Source: Gammaproteobacteria bacterium (GTDB taxonomy: Bacteria; Pseudomonadota; Gammaproteobacteria; Eutrophobiales; Eutrophobiaceae). From it: 64,000 nucleotides of DNA. This document shows, in pieces, positions 52,498 to 63,609 of the stretch. The translations under genes were made by a program, and so were the position numbers. A model generated the notes under the pieces. That model was not told the origin of the DNA. It searched no databases and saw nothing but the letters and a program-made list of their open reading frames with translations. The stretch spans positions 608,001 to 672,000 of the forward strand of contig CBDCDS010000003.1 in assembly GCA_965215365.1 (NCBI GenBank). The letters run 5' to 3'. Every line of letters begins with the position of its first letter. The stretch's first letter is position 1.

Positions 52498-53103
52498 ATG
52501 AAGCTGCGAGCAAAGCCGTTAATCATCATCCTGTGCGCGGTGTTTGCCCTGCCGCCGTTGTTGTCTTGGTACTTGTTCAACTATACGGATCTGGGCCAGA
52601 ACGCCACCGGTGGCGGGCAGCATGGAGTTCTGATTGTGCCGCCGCGCCCACTGCCTGACTGGCCGCTGATCAACCCGGCCAGCGAGCCGGCCAGCGACCC
52701 GGTCGCGCTCGGGCTGCACGGTAAATGGACGTTGCTGTCCCTGCTCGAGGGCGACTGCGCGCAAAGCTGTGCGCGCAGTCTGTACAAGATGCGCCAGCTG
52801 CGGCTGGCAACCGGCAAACACGCCCGGCGCGTACAGCGCGCGCTGCTGCCGGCCAATGGTGACCCGAACGCCCTGAGCCCGACCCAACTGCAGGAATATC
52901 CCGGCCAACTGCTGTTGCTGCCGGGGGCAGCTGACATCACCACTTGGTTTGCTCTGTCGGACGCAGACAACCCGTTTACGCCGGGCCGGCTGTACCTGAT
53001 CGACCCGCAGGGTAACCTGATGATGAGTTATGCCGACGCCACCGAACCCAAGGGTATCATCAAGGACCTGACCCGCCTGCTGAAGTATTCCCGGGGCGGA
53101 TGA
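52498..53103 (+). CDS. Thioredoxin/SCO-like cytochrome oxidase assembly protein
   Basis: N-terminal TM, CxxxC, YLIDPQGNLMM, DLTRLLK; upstream of the COX15 gene. Confidence 0.8.
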   Translation: MKLRAKPLIIILCAVFALPPLLSWYLFNYTDLGQNATGGGQHGVLIVPPRPLPDWPLINPASEPASDPVALGLHGKWTLLSLLEGDCAQSCARSLYKMRQLRLATGKHARRVQRALLPANGDPNALSPTQLQEYPGQLLLLPGAADITTWFALSDADNPFTPGRLYLIDPQGNLMMSYADATEPKGIIKDLTRLLKYSRGG

Positions 53104-54122
53104 ACAACACGCAGCCTGACAAAAACCGGGCGCCGGCGCGGGCGTTGTGGGCGCTGTCGCTCGGCGCGTTCCTGCTGGCCTATTGCGTAGTCATTCTGGG
53201 CGCTTATGTGCGGCTGTCTGACGCTGGCCTGGGCTGCCCGGACTGGCCTGGTTGTTACGGCGACCTGTTCGTGACGGAACAAACACAAGTGGTGGCAGCA
53301 CAACAGGCCGACGCGACGCGCCCCTTTAACAGGGACAAGGCCGTGAAGGAAATGGTGCACCGCTATGGCGCGGCACTGTTGGGTCTGTTGATCTTGGCGT
53401 TGGCGCTGCTGGCCTGGCGCCGCCGGCGCCCGGAAAAAGCCCTGTGTGGCATGCTGCTGGCGCTGGTGGTGCTGCAAGCCTTGCTGGGAATGTGGACGGT
53501 CACCGAGCTGCTCAAGCCGCTTATCGTTGCCGCTCACCTGTTGGGAGGCATGCTGATCCTGGGTCTGCTGTTCTGGCTGGTGTTGCAGCAGTGGCCGCGC
53601 GCCGCCCATGCGGAAAACCGGCGCAGTGCCAGACTGGCGCTGGCCGCGCTGGTCGTGCTCGGCGTGCAGCTGTTCACCGGCGGCTGGACCAGCGCCAACT
53701 ATGCGGCGTTGGTATGCCCGGAATTTCCCACCTGCCGGGACGGCGCCTACTGGCCGCAGACGGATTTCAGGGAAGCATTTGTGGTCTGGCGCAGCGGGGA
53801 GATTGACTACGAGGGCGGCATCTTGGAGGCCCCGGCGCGTACGGCCGTCCACCTGACCCATCGCCTAGGCGCACTGCTGACGTTGCTGGTGGTGCTGAGC
53901 GCGGCGCTGTATGCCTGGCGCCACGCCGGCCCTGCGGCGCGCGCGCCGGCGCTGGCCGTGGCGCTGGCCCTGTGCCTGCAAATCGGCTTGGGCATCGCCA
54001 ACGTGCTACTGCGCCTGCCGTTGCCCGTCGCCGTCGCCCACAATGCGGTGGCGGCGCTGTTAATGCTGTCTTTATTGACCTTGTACTGGCGCACCGCGCG
54101 GCGCCCGTCGCCGGAGAGCTGA
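53100..54122 (+). CDS. ctaA: Heme A synthase (COX15/CtaA)
   Basis: [23 protein letters not shown]. Confidence 0.93.
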   Translation: MNNTQPDKNRAPARALWALSLGAFLLAYCVVILGAYVRLSDAGLGCPDWPGCYGDLFVTEQTQVVAAQQADATRPFNRDKAVKEMVHRYGAALLGLLILALALLAWRRRRPEKALCGMLLALVVLQALLGMWTVTELLKPLIVAAHLLGGMLILGLLFWLVLQQWPRAAHAENRRSARLALAALVVLGVQLFTGGWTSANYAALVCPEFPTCRDGAYWPQTDFREAFVVWRSGEIDYEGGILEAPARTAVHLTHRLGALLTLLVVLSAALYAWRHAGPAARAPALAVALALCLQIGLGIANVLLRLPLPVAVAHNAVAALLMLSLLTLYWRTARRPSPES

Positions 54123-54123
54123 G

Positions 54124-55005
54124 ATGTTTCCATGGCGGGATTACTTGGCATTGTGCAAACCGAGAATCGTCGGCCTGATCGTGTTCACGGCGCTGGTAGG
54201 CATGTTACTCGCGGCCCCCGGCATGGTGGCTTTGCCGCTACTGCTCAGCGCCGTCGCCGGCATCGCGCTGGCCGCGGCGGCGGCGGCGGCGTTGAACCAT
54301 GTGGTTGATCAGAACATCGACGCGGTGATGGCACGCACACTGCAACGACCCCTGCCCAAGGGCAACTTGTCCACGCGCCAGGCGCTGGCATTCGCCGCGC
54401 TGCTCGGGGGCCTGTCCATGCTCATCTTGGGCCTTTGGGTTAACGCGCTGACCGCAGCTTTGACCTTTATCTCGCTGATCGGCTACGGCGTGATCTACTC
54501 CATGTTTTTAAAGCGCGCCACGCCGCAGAATATCGTCATCGGCGGCGCCGCCGGCGCGGCACCGCCGGTGCTGGGCTGGAGTTCGGTAAGCAACAGCCTG
54601 GACCCTCATGCGCTGCTGCTGTTCCTGATTATTTTCGCCTGGACGCCGCCGCATTTCTGGGCGTTGGCCATCGCCCGGCGCAAAGACTATGAAAATGCGG
54701 AGATTCCCATGCTGCCGGTCACCCACGGGCTGGCCTTCACCCGCTTGCACATCCTGCTATATACCTTGTTACTGTTCATCGTCACCTTGCTGCCCTACCT
54801 CACGGGCATGAGCGGCATTACCTACCTGTTGGCTGCGCTGGGTCTGGGGGGCGGGTTTCTTTATGTTGCCGGCAAACTGCTGCGTAGCGAAGATGAGACC
54901 ACAGCCATGCACACGTTCAGTTATTCGATATGGTACCTGATGGCGCTGTTCGCGGTGTTGCTGATAGACCACTACATACCCGCATTGGCGCGTCTGCTCG
55001 CATAG
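54124..55005 (+). CDS. cyoE: Heme O synthase (protoheme IX farnesyltransferase)
   Basis: [25 protein letters not shown]. Confidence 0.95.
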   Translation: MFPWRDYLALCKPRIVGLIVFTALVGMLLAAPGMVALPLLLSAVAGIALAAAAAAALNHVVDQNIDAVMARTLQRPLPKGNLSTRQALAFAALLGGLSMLILGLWVNALTAALTFISLIGYGVIYSMFLKRATPQNIVIGGAAGAAPPVLGWSSVSNSLDPHALLLFLIIFAWTPPHFWALAIARRKDYENAEIPMLPVTHGLAFTRLHILLYTLLLFIVTLLPYLTGMSGITYLLAALGLGGGFLYVAGKLLRSEDETTAMHTFSYSIWYLMALFAVLLIDHYIPALARLLA

Positions 55006-55014
55006 CGCACCGGG

Positions 55015-55866
<852 letters not shown>

Positions 55867-56022
55867 AACAGCGCCTCCACAGAGAGTTTAAGGAACCTCT
55901 AAAAATGCCAGCACATCGTTATGCTGCACAGCCACCGGCAACGCCGGCCGTTAATCGTTAAGCGCGTTGGCACAGGTTTTTAAGGGCACCGGCGCTACTC
56001 TAACGACATGGTCAAGCCCATT

Positions 56023-56049
56023 TTAGCACTCTTTTTGTCGGAGTGCTAA
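56023..56049. promoter_or_regulatory. CIRCE (HrcA operator) upstream of rpoH
   Basis: Perfect TTAGCACTC-N9-GAGTGCTAA. Confidence 0.93.
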
Positions 56050-56067
56050 TATTTTTTTGAGGTGGCC

Positions 56068-56790
56068 TTAACCCGCAGATCTCACCCAGTCGCTTGTTGC
56101 CTTGTGAAACATGATTGCTTTCAATAAGTTATGATAATACTGCTGCTCTTTCCACCTAACCCACTGCGCTTGATGCGCCCTCGCTGGTCTTGGTGCTGCC
56201 TGCGGGCACGTGCTTGCTCAACCATAGCTACCGCTATGGTTTCGGTCGCAGGCACCCGCAGGCAGCACCAATCCGGCGCGATCTTCGCATCACTGGGTGA
56301 GATCTGCGGGTTAACCCGCAGATCTCACCCAGTCGCTTGTTGCCTTGTGAAACATGATTGCTTTCAATAAGTTATGATAATACTGCTGCTCTTTCCACCT
56401 AACCCACTGCGCTTGATGCGCCCTCGCTGGTCTTGGTGCTGCCTGCGGGCACGTGCTTGCTCAACCATAGCTACCGCTATGGTTTCGGTCGCAGGCACCC
56501 GCAGGCAGCACCAATCCGGCGCGATCTTCGCATCACTGGGTGAGATATGCGGGTTAACCCACAGATCTCACCCAGTCGCTTGTTGCCTTGTGAAACATGA
56601 TTGCTTTCAATAAGTTATGATAATACTGCTGCTCTTTTTTGCGCCTGCGGGCACATATTCATTGCATCCATCCCCCGGCTCAACTCCATACCGGGGCAGG
56701 CTCCGGATGCAACCCTGCGGGCCGCCGCCGTGCACAAATTCGTCTGGAACGAATTTGGACAGCGCAGCTGGCCCCAACGGGGCAAACTGC
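56068..56790 (+). repeat. Tandem array of family A MITEs (period 243 bp; two full units plus one variant)
   Basis: Units 56072-56310, 56315-56553 and 56558-about 56790, each preceded by TTAA. Confidence 0.93.
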
Positions 56791-56887
56791 AGGGAGGTAG
56801 TTGACTTAGGGCGCGCCGCAATGTACGCTGTTGAACATAGCAAGGACACTTCAAACTCACATCCACTGTCCTATCGAGAGGTCGGTC

Positions 56888-58141
56888 ATGACCACACCGT
56901 TCCCGCATGATTTCAGTGACGAACGCTACACCGAGGCACTGTTGGGCCTGTTCAAGCCCGGCACCGGCGTGGCCCCGCCCAAGCTCGCCGGGCGCGGTGA
57001 CGAGACGAAGGTCTTTGAGCGCCAGCTGTTGATCGACTTGCGCAGGGGATGCGCCCCGGCAGGGGACTTGGTGCTCTTCGGGCCGCGCGGCAACGGCAAG
57101 ACGGTGTTGCTCAAAGACTTAGAGCGGCGCGCGGGTGGGGCCGGGATCGGCGTGCTCGCGTTGCGCCCGGCTCAGCTCGACTCGCTGGAGGTGCTGCTCA
57201 GGACACTGTTACAGGCCGCCCCGACATTGCCCGATCCCGCCGTGCCGAACCGTTGGCTGTCGCGATGGAAAAACCCTCTGCGCCGAGGTGGCTTGGTGCT
57301 CGAGCGCCTGCGCGTGGGCGCGCCCGGGCTCCGAGCCGACCTCAGCGCAATCTCGGATGATGAGCTCAAAGTGCATGCTCAGCACTATCTGAGCGCGCGC
57401 TGTCGCGCACAACCGTTGTTAGTGACCGTGGATGAGGCGCATACGCTCGATATTGAGATCGGCCGGCGGCTGCTGAATCTCAGTGAGCAGCTGCGCGCGG
57501 ACGGGGTCCCATTCGTTCTCATCTTGGCCGGCACGCCTAATCTTGAAGCGCATCTGGGCAAGATGAGCGCCACCTTCTGGAGCCGCTCTGAGATCCAGCC
57601 CATTGGCCGGTTGAGCGCTGCGGCCACCGCGCAGGCCTTAACCGAGCCGCTCGGTGATTGGTCGGTGACTATCGAGCCCGATGCCTTGGGTAAGGTGGTC
57701 GATGACTCACAGTGTTACCCGTATTTTATTCAGCTTTGGGGGCGAGCGTTGTGTGGTGTCTTGGTCGAGCAGTTGCACAGCCATACGGTCACGGCAGCGC
57801 TCGTCGAGCAGGCCGCCCCCGCAGTCGCCGCGCGCTGCGAACGTTATTACGGCGAGCGCTATGAGGAGCTCAAAGAGCGTGGCCTGCTCGAGGCTGGCGC
57901 GCTCGTCGCTGGGTGTTTCGAGCAGTCCGAGCAGGTGCATGAAGCCGCGCTCGAGGCCGCGTTGCGCAAGGGGCTCGAGTTAGACGCCAAGGCGGCCACG
58001 GCAGCGCTCGATGAGATGGCGGCGTTGGGTTATCTCTGGCGCAAGACCACGGCGAACGATGACTTCGAGCCGGGCATTCCGTCGCTGATGACCCACGTGC
58101 AAGAGCGCCTGCGCGCCCGCGTCGCTCTTCCTCTGTATTGA
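56888..58141 (+). CDS. AAA-family ATP-binding protein, copy 2
   Basis: Same [10 protein letters not shown] start, Walker A/B and C-terminal half as 11977-13254. Confidence 0.85.
   Translation: MTTPFPHDFSDERYTEALLGLFKPGTGVAPPKLAGRGDETKVFERQLLIDLRRGCAPAGDLVLFGPRGNGKTVLLKDLERRAGGAGIGVLALRPAQLDSLEVLLRTLLQAAPTLPDPAVPNRWLSRWKNPLRRGGLVLERLRVGAPGLRADLSAISDDELKVHAQHYLSARCRAQPLLVTVDEAHTLDIEIGRRLLNLSEQLRADGVPFVLILAGTPNLEAHLGKMSATFWSRSEIQPIGRLSAAATAQALTEPLGDWSVTIEPDALGKVVDDSQCYPYFIQLWGRALCGVLVEQLHSHTVTAALVEQAAPAVAARCERYYGERYEELKERGLLEAGALVAGCFEQSEQVHEAALEAALRKGLELDAKAATAALDEMAALGYLWRKTTANDDFEPGIPSLMTHVQERLRARVALPLY
57502..58133 (+). repeat. 632-bp inverted repeat of 11985-12616
   Basis: See copy 1. Confidence 0.92.
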
Positions 58142-58214
58142 ACCTGAACAGCTGCTTGCAGAGCCTGATTGTTTCTTCTACAATCAGCACCCGGCAATGA
58201 AACAAGGGCTAACG

Positions 58215-58415
58215 ATGAAAGTCAATATCCATCCCTCCTATCATAAAATCAAGGTGACATGCAGTTGCGGTAATACGTTCCTTACGCAGTCAACGTATTC
58301 GGGCGATTTGCATATTGAGGTGTGCTCGCTGTGCCATCCGTTTTATTCGGGCAAGCAGAAAATCCTGGATACGGCCGGACGCGTGGACAAGTTTAACCGT
58401 AAGTACAGTATGTGA
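58215..58415 (+). CDS. rpmE: 50S ribosomal protein L31 (zinc-binding type)
   Basis: [28 protein letters not shown]. Confidence 0.96.
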   Translation: MKVNIHPSYHKIKVTCSCGNTFLTQSTYSGDLHIEVCSLCHPFYSGKQKILDTAGRVDKFNRKYSM

Positions 58416-58521
58416 CGACGGGCGCGGATGCAGGCCATGGCGCTATCCAAGTTAGCATGATTTTTTGATTTTTATTCTAAGATAAAAAAGATAACTGCTT
58501 GTCAGAGTTGAATTTAATTTG

Positions 58522-58556
58522 TTATCCACATTTTCTGTGGATAACTTTGTGGATAC
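58522..58556. promoter_or_regulatory. Triad of DnaA boxes (DARS-like)
   Basis: TTATCCACA-5bp-TGTGGATAA-3bp-TGTGGATAC. Confidence 0.8.
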
Positions 58557-58976
58557 CGTAGCAGAGCACGCCTTGAAGTACTGATAATTACTGGCTATGT
58601 AACAAAACTGTTAAATTTTAGACACTTCGATAAAGTTTTTATCTTTCAAATAGTTAGCAACAAAGCTAGACGCTTTTGGCGCAGTGGCTGCCGCGTTGCG
58701 GCAAAAACCCCGCCAGTTGCCCTGATCTGTGCATAAAATTCCGTTTTGTGCGGGAGTGGAACTTTTTTTTACGGTCGCGGTCATACCAGTAATCAGGAAT
58801 TTACTCTTGGCTATCCTCGACAGGTGATGGCAAGCGAACCCCGGTCTTCCCAACCGGGTTATCTGGCCCCGGTGGACTCCTCCCCCTCACGACTCCGGGG
58901 CCAACCTTTTCCTGGCCGCTGGCCCGCATATCTCCAGGTGATGCGAAGGTCGCGCCGGATTGGTTCTGCCTGCGGG

Positions 58977-59561
58977 CTATAACCACTCATCCAGCGTCTG
59001 GTACAATTCATCCAATCCCCGTTTTTTTGTGGCTGAGAACAACTGTATGCCGGTGTTGTCTCCAAGTTCGCGTGCGACCACCGTCAACGCCTGCGCGGCC
59101 GCGCTGCGGGGCAGCTTGTCGGCCTTGTTGAGCACCACCTGCGCCGGTAGCGCCCGGTCTGTGCACCAGCTCAGCAGTTGCCGATCGGGTTCGCCTAGGC
59201 CGCGCCGGATATCGACGATAAGCACCAGCCCGGTCAGGCATTGGCGTTGCGTCAGGTAGGTATTGATAAGCTGCCCCCAGTGTTGGCGCAGGTCATGCGG
59301 CGCTTTGGCGTAGCCGTAGCCCGGCAAATCCACCAGGCGCGTGTGGGCGTCAACGACAAAAAAATTAAGCTGCCGGGTGCGGCCTGGCTGGCGGCTGGTG
59401 TGGGCCAGATTTTTGCGGCGCGCAAGCGCATTCAGCACGCTGGACTTGCCGGCGTTGGAACGGCCGGCAAAGACCACTTCCTTCCCGGCATCGGCTGGCA
59501 GTTGCGTCAACAGGTGCGCGCTTTGCAGGTAAACCATGTTATGATAGCGACTGTGATTCAT
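58977..59561 (-). CDS. engB: Ribosome biogenesis GTPase YihA/EngB
   Basis: GRSNAGKSS, PGRT, DLPGYG, NKADK. Confidence 0.95.
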   Translation of the reverse strand: MNHSRYHNMVYLQSAHLLTQLPADAGKEVVFAGRSNAGKSSVLNALARRKNLAHTSRQPGRTRQLNFFVVDAHTRLVDLPGYGYAKAPHDLRQHWGQLINTYLTQRQCLTGLVLIVDIRRGLGEPDRQLLSWCTDRALPAQVVLNKADKLPRSAAAQALTVVARELGDNTGIQLFSATKKRGLDELYQTLDEWL

Positions 59562-59632
59562 AAGTTTCGGCAACGCTGTCGCGGGGACATTTTTGGATGT
59601 TCCTGCAACTATAACACTTGAGGTCGCCCCGG

Positions 59633-60235
59633 ATGTTAAACAAACTGGTTTGTGGCTTGGTCCTGCTATCGCTGCCGCTGCCGCTGGTCGCCGCCGGCGA
59701 CGTACAGGCCGGCAAGCAAAAAGCAGCGACCTGTATTGCCTGCCATGGACCTGATGGCAACAGCGGCAACCCGACCTGGCCCAACCTGGCCGGCCAGCAC
59801 GCCGAATACATCCGTAAACAACTGCATGATTTTCGCGAAGGGCGCAGAAAAAATGACCAGATGTCGCCTTTCGCGGCGGCGCTGAGCGATCAGGATATCG
59901 CTGACCTCGCAGTGTATTATGCCAGTCTGACACCCAAAATCGGGCACGCGCAACTGCAATACCTAGAAGCAGGCGCGCGCCTGTATCGCGCCGGCGATGC
60001 CGCCAAGGGTATGGCGGCCTGTATGGCCTGCCACGGCCCGGCCGGCACCGGCAACCCTGCTGCGAACTATCCCAGAATCAACGCCCAGCATGCCGCCTAT
60101 ACGGAACTGCAACTGAAGGCGTTCAAGGCCGAAGCGCGCGCCAATGATCTCAACGGCGTCATGCGTGATATCGCCGGCCGCATGTCCAACGACAGTATCA
60201 AGGCCGTCGCCGATTACCTGCAAGGGTTGCACTGA
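59633..60235 (+). CDS. Diheme cytochrome c4
   Basis: Signal peptide, CIACH and CMACH. Confidence 0.93.
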   Translation: MLNKLVCGLVLLSLPLPLVAAGDVQAGKQKAATCIACHGPDGNSGNPTWPNLAGQHAEYIRKQLHDFREGRRKNDQMSPFAAALSDQDIADLAVYYASLTPKIGHAQLQYLEAGARLYRAGDAAKGMAACMACHGPAGTGNPAANYPRINAQHAAYTELQLKAFKAEARANDLNGVMRDIAGRMSNDSIKAVADYLQGLH

Positions 60236-60302
60236 CGGTCAGTACCAGCCTGAACGCCGGGGTCAGAGCGAAAACCCACTGAAACAAGCGACTTGGTGAG
60301 AT

Positions 60303-62252
60303 ATGCGGGTTAAATCGGGGTTGCGCTTCCTCGGTTCCATGAATCTGGCCGTCACCTTGCTGGTGGCGCTGGCGCTGGCTTCTGTGATCGGCACCATTCT
60401 CAAACAGAACGAGCCCTACCAGAATTATATTGTCAAGTTTGGTCCATTCTGGCACAGCCTGTTCGAGCGGCTGGGTTTGTACGATATTTACTCCAGCAGC
60501 TGGTTCATCCTGATCCTCGCCTTTCTGGTAGCCAGCACCAGTATTTGCCTGTACCGTAACGGCCCCAGGATCATCGCCAGCGCGCGCCGCTATCAGGAGG
60601 ATATGCAGGAAGCGCAGCTGCTGAAGCTGCCGGATCACAGCCGTCACCAGACCCGGCTTGACCCTGATGAGACGGTTGCAAAGCTGGCGGGTTGCTTCCG
60701 GGACCTGGGTTTCAAGGTGCGGATCAAAGCGCGGGAAACGGGCGCGACGGTGGCGGCGATGAAGGGTGCCGGCAACCGTTTCGGTTATTTGTTTACCCAT
60801 TGCGCGGTGGTGATTATCTGTATCGGCGGCTTTCTCGACAGCAACGTGCCGCTTAAACTCAAGACCTTGCGCGGTGAATTGCAGGCAGAAACCCGGAATC
60901 TGCCCGTCAGTCAGATTCCCGCACACAGCAAGTTGCCGGTCACCAATACCTCGTTCCGCGCCAGCGTTTCCATACCGGAGGGGCGCGCCGCAGGGGCGGC
61001 CTTTGTCAACCTGGGTGCCGGCTACCTAGTGCAGCCGCTGCCGTTTGTGATCCTGCTGGAGGATTTCCGGGTGGAACACTACCCGAGCGGTCAACCCAAA
61101 TCCTTCGAAAGCGACCTGGTCATCCGCCACGGGAATCAGCGCGTCGAGCACACCATCGCGGTCAACCACCCGCTCACTTACCAGGGCTATACCATCTACC
61201 AGGCCAGCTTCGGCGACGGCGGCTCGAAGCTGGATTTCACGCTGCACGACCTGACTGCGCCGGGCACTCAGGTACATTCGCTGCGGGTCAATGAGGCGCT
61301 TGCCTTGGAGCACGGCGGGGAGACCTTGAACCTGGAAGCGGAGGAATTTCGCAAGTTCAACATCTTCCCCAACGAAGAGCCGGCCATAGACAAGGAATTC
61401 CGTGACTTCGGCCCCAGCATCAACTACAAACTGCGCCGCGCCGACGGGCGCGCCCATGAGTACCTCAACTACATGTACCCGATCACCCTGGAAGGCCGGG
61501 AATTCCTGTTGAGTGGGGTGCGTGCGCCGCCGGAGGAGGAATTTCGCTACCTGCATATCCCCGCCGCTGACGACGGTTCACCGGAGCGGTTCCTGGCACT
61601 GCTGAACCTGCTGCAGGATGAGCCCCGGCTGGCGCGCATTTATGCCGAACAACAGGCATTGCTGCTAGCGGGCAATACCCTGGACGACAACGTCACCGCG
61701 CAAGATGTCGCCCACGTTACCTTGCGGATTGTGCGCCTGTTCTTAGCTGGGGGGTTTGCAACACTGCAACAGCAAATCGACCCGGCCATGGACGAGGAGG
61801 CCGCCGATGCCGTGAACAGCGCATCCATGAAAATCCTGCGTTTCGGCTTGGAACAGGCATACCTGACCCTGCTGGCCGCTGCCGGCCTGGGCACTGCAGA
61901 GCTGTCCGACCGGGACTTGCAGTTCCTCAATGATGCCATTGTCACCCTGTCGGCCCTGCACCAGTACGGCTCCCCCTACTACCTGCAACTGACCGGTTTC
62001 GAACATGTGGAATCCTCAGGGCTGCAAATTGCCCGCGCCCCCGGCGCCAAGTGGGTCTATCTGGGCTTCACCCTGCTCAGCATCGGCGTATTCCTGCTGT
62101 TCTACGTACCCCACCAACGCCTGTGGGCGTGGGTCAAACCCGGCGCCGCCGGCACCGAAATAACGCTGGCCGGGACGCGCACACGCCATGCCCGCGATTT
62201 CAGTCGTTACTTCAAGCAGATTTCGCGTACAATAGCGGCAACGTTGAGCTGA
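60303..62252 (+). CDS. resB: Cytochrome c biogenesis protein ResB (System II)
   Basis: LGSMNLAV, GTILKQ, VNHPL..YQASFGDGG, SGLQIARAPG. Confidence 0.92.
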   Translation: MRVKSGLRFLGSMNLAVTLLVALALASVIGTILKQNEPYQNYIVKFGPFWHSLFERLGLYDIYSSSWFILILAFLVASTSICLYRNGPRIIASARRYQEDMQEAQLLKLPDHSRHQTRLDPDETVAKLAGCFRDLGFKVRIKARETGATVAAMKGAGNRFGYLFTHCAVVIICIGGFLDSNVPLKLKTLRGELQAETRNLPVSQIPAHSKLPVTNTSFRASVSIPEGRAAGAAFVNLGAGYLVQPLPFVILLEDFRVEHYPSGQPKSFESDLVIRHGNQRVEHTIAVNHPLTYQGYTIYQASFGDGGSKLDFTLHDLTAPGTQVHSLRVNEALALEHGGETLNLEAEEFRKFNIFPNEEPAIDKEFRDFGPSINYKLRRADGRAHEYLNYMYPITLEGREFLLSGVRAPPEEEFRYLHIPAADDGSPERFLALLNLLQDEPRLARIYAEQQALLLAGNTLDDNVTAQDVAHVTLRIVRLFLAGGFATLQQQIDPAMDEEAADAVNSASMKILRFGLEQAYLTLLAAAGLGTAELSDRDLQFLNDAIVTLSALHQYGSPYYLQLTGFEHVESSGLQIARAPGAKWVYLGFTLLSIGVFLLFYVPHQRLWAWVKPGAAGTEITLAGTRTRHARDFSRYFKQISRTIAATLS

Positions 62253-62403
62253 ATACGCGTCATGTCATGAACCGCGCCACAGAAACCATGAGTGCCCATA
62301 CCCTCACTGACCACGCCGCCCTTGTGGCAAACAGGCGGCGTTCATTTCAGGCAACCTCTAAAAATGCCCTCCGTGGCATTTTTAGAGACGGAAACGAAAA
62401 AGT

Positions 62404-63609
62404 ATGATTTTTCGTTTCCTTCATTTTCAAGCACTGACGTGCTTAAAAATGGCAGCACATCCTTATGCTGCACGGGCGCCTCTAATGTTTAGAGGCGCCC
62501 TGCAGGCAGCCGATTACCTGTGGGGCGCGCTGTTGCTGGTCGGGGTAGTTTTTGTCTATGCCAGTTACCGGCATGCCATGAACGGCTATGAGTGGGTGAT
62601 ATTCGCTGGCACTACGCTGGCACTGGGTTACGCCGGCAGCGTCTGGCCGCAGCTCCGGCGCCTGCTGCTGGTCGTGGTCACGCTGGCGCTGCTCGCCATC
62701 CATTTGTACGGCGCCGACCTGGGGCGGGGTGAAGAGCGGTTCCTGTTACAGTATTTTCTCGCCAGCCAGTCCGCCATTATGTGGATGAGCGCGCTGTTCG
62801 TGCTGGCAACTTTGAGTTATTTCCTGGCCCTGTTTAGCGGTTCGGAATTTCCCGGCGCGGTCGCAACCGGGCTGACCTGGTGCGGCGCCGGCATGGGCCT
62901 GGTCGGGATGCTGGTGCGCTGGCATGAATCCTACCTGCTCAGCCCGGAGGTGGGTCATATCCCGGTCAGCAACCTGTATGAAGTGTTTATCCTGTTCTGC
63001 GTCACCACTGCCATCATCTACCTGCATTATGAAAAACGCTACCGCACGCGCGCACTGGGCGGCTTTGTGTTGCTGGTGATCGCCGCCGCCATCGGTTTTC
63101 TGCTGTGGTACACCTTCGACCAGGGCGCCCACGAAATACAACCGCTGGTGCCGGCCTTACAGAGTTACTGGATGAAGATCCACGTACCGGCCAATTTCGT
63201 CGGCTACGGCTGTTTCAGCATCGCCGCCATGCTGGGTCTGGCTTACCTGGCCAAGGGTGACGATGCCAGCCCGCGCCCGTTGCTGGCGCGCCTGCCGGCC
63301 CGCGCCGAGATAGACGACATGATGTACAAGGCCATTGCTTTGGGCTTTGCCTTTTTTACCCTCGCCACCATCTTAGGTTCGTTATGGGCGGCCGAAGCCT
63401 GGGGCGGGTATTGGTCCTGGGACCCTAAGGAAACTTGGGCGCTGATCGTGTGGCTGAACTACGCCGCCTGGCTGCATGTGCGTATCAGCAAAAACTGGCA
63501 GGGTGCGGCCATGGCGGCCTGGGCCATTGTCGGCCTGTTCGTGACCCTGTTCGCGTTCTTAGGCGTCAACATGTTTCTTTCCGGCTTACATTCCTATGGT
63601 GAACTTTAG
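62404..63609 (+). CDS. ccsB: Cytochrome c biogenesis protein CcsB/ResC (5' end disturbed by a repeat insertion)
   Basis: PVSNLYE, LQSYWMKIHVP, WGGYWSWDPKETW, GLHSY. Confidence 0.93.
   Translation: MIFRFLHFQALTCLKMAAHPYAARAPLMFRGALQAADYLWGALLLVGVVFVYASYRHAMNGYEWVIFAGTTLALGYAGSVWPQLRRLLLVVVTLALLAIHLYGADLGRGEERFLLQYFLASQSAIMWMSALFVLATLSYFLALFSGSEFPGAVATGLTWCGAGMGLVGMLVRWHESYLLSPEVGHIPVSNLYEVFILFCVTTAIIYLHYEKRYRTRALGGFVLLVIAAAIGFLLWYTFDQGAHEIQPLVPALQSYWMKIHVPANFVGYGCFSIAAMLGLAYLAKGDDASPRPLLARLPARAEIDDMMYKAIALGFAFFTLATILGSLWAAEAWGGYWSWDPKETWALIVWLNYAAWLHVRISKNWQGAAMAAWAIVGLFVTLFAFLGVNMFLSGLHSYGEL

Noticed and set aside
56131-56613. Two near-identical 79-aa ORFs (also 50485-50706, 20433-20657 and 1194-1481)
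   Set aside because: Incidental frames inside the MITE; not preserved across deleted copies and no RBS
56068-56790. CRISPR array or integron cassette array
   Set aside because: Units are near-identical over their full 243 bp with no unique spacers or cassette genes; no cas or intI genes present
59562-59933. 124-aa N-terminal extension of engB
   Set aside because: Overlaps the cytochrome c4 gene on the opposite strand; GTPase homology starts near 59561
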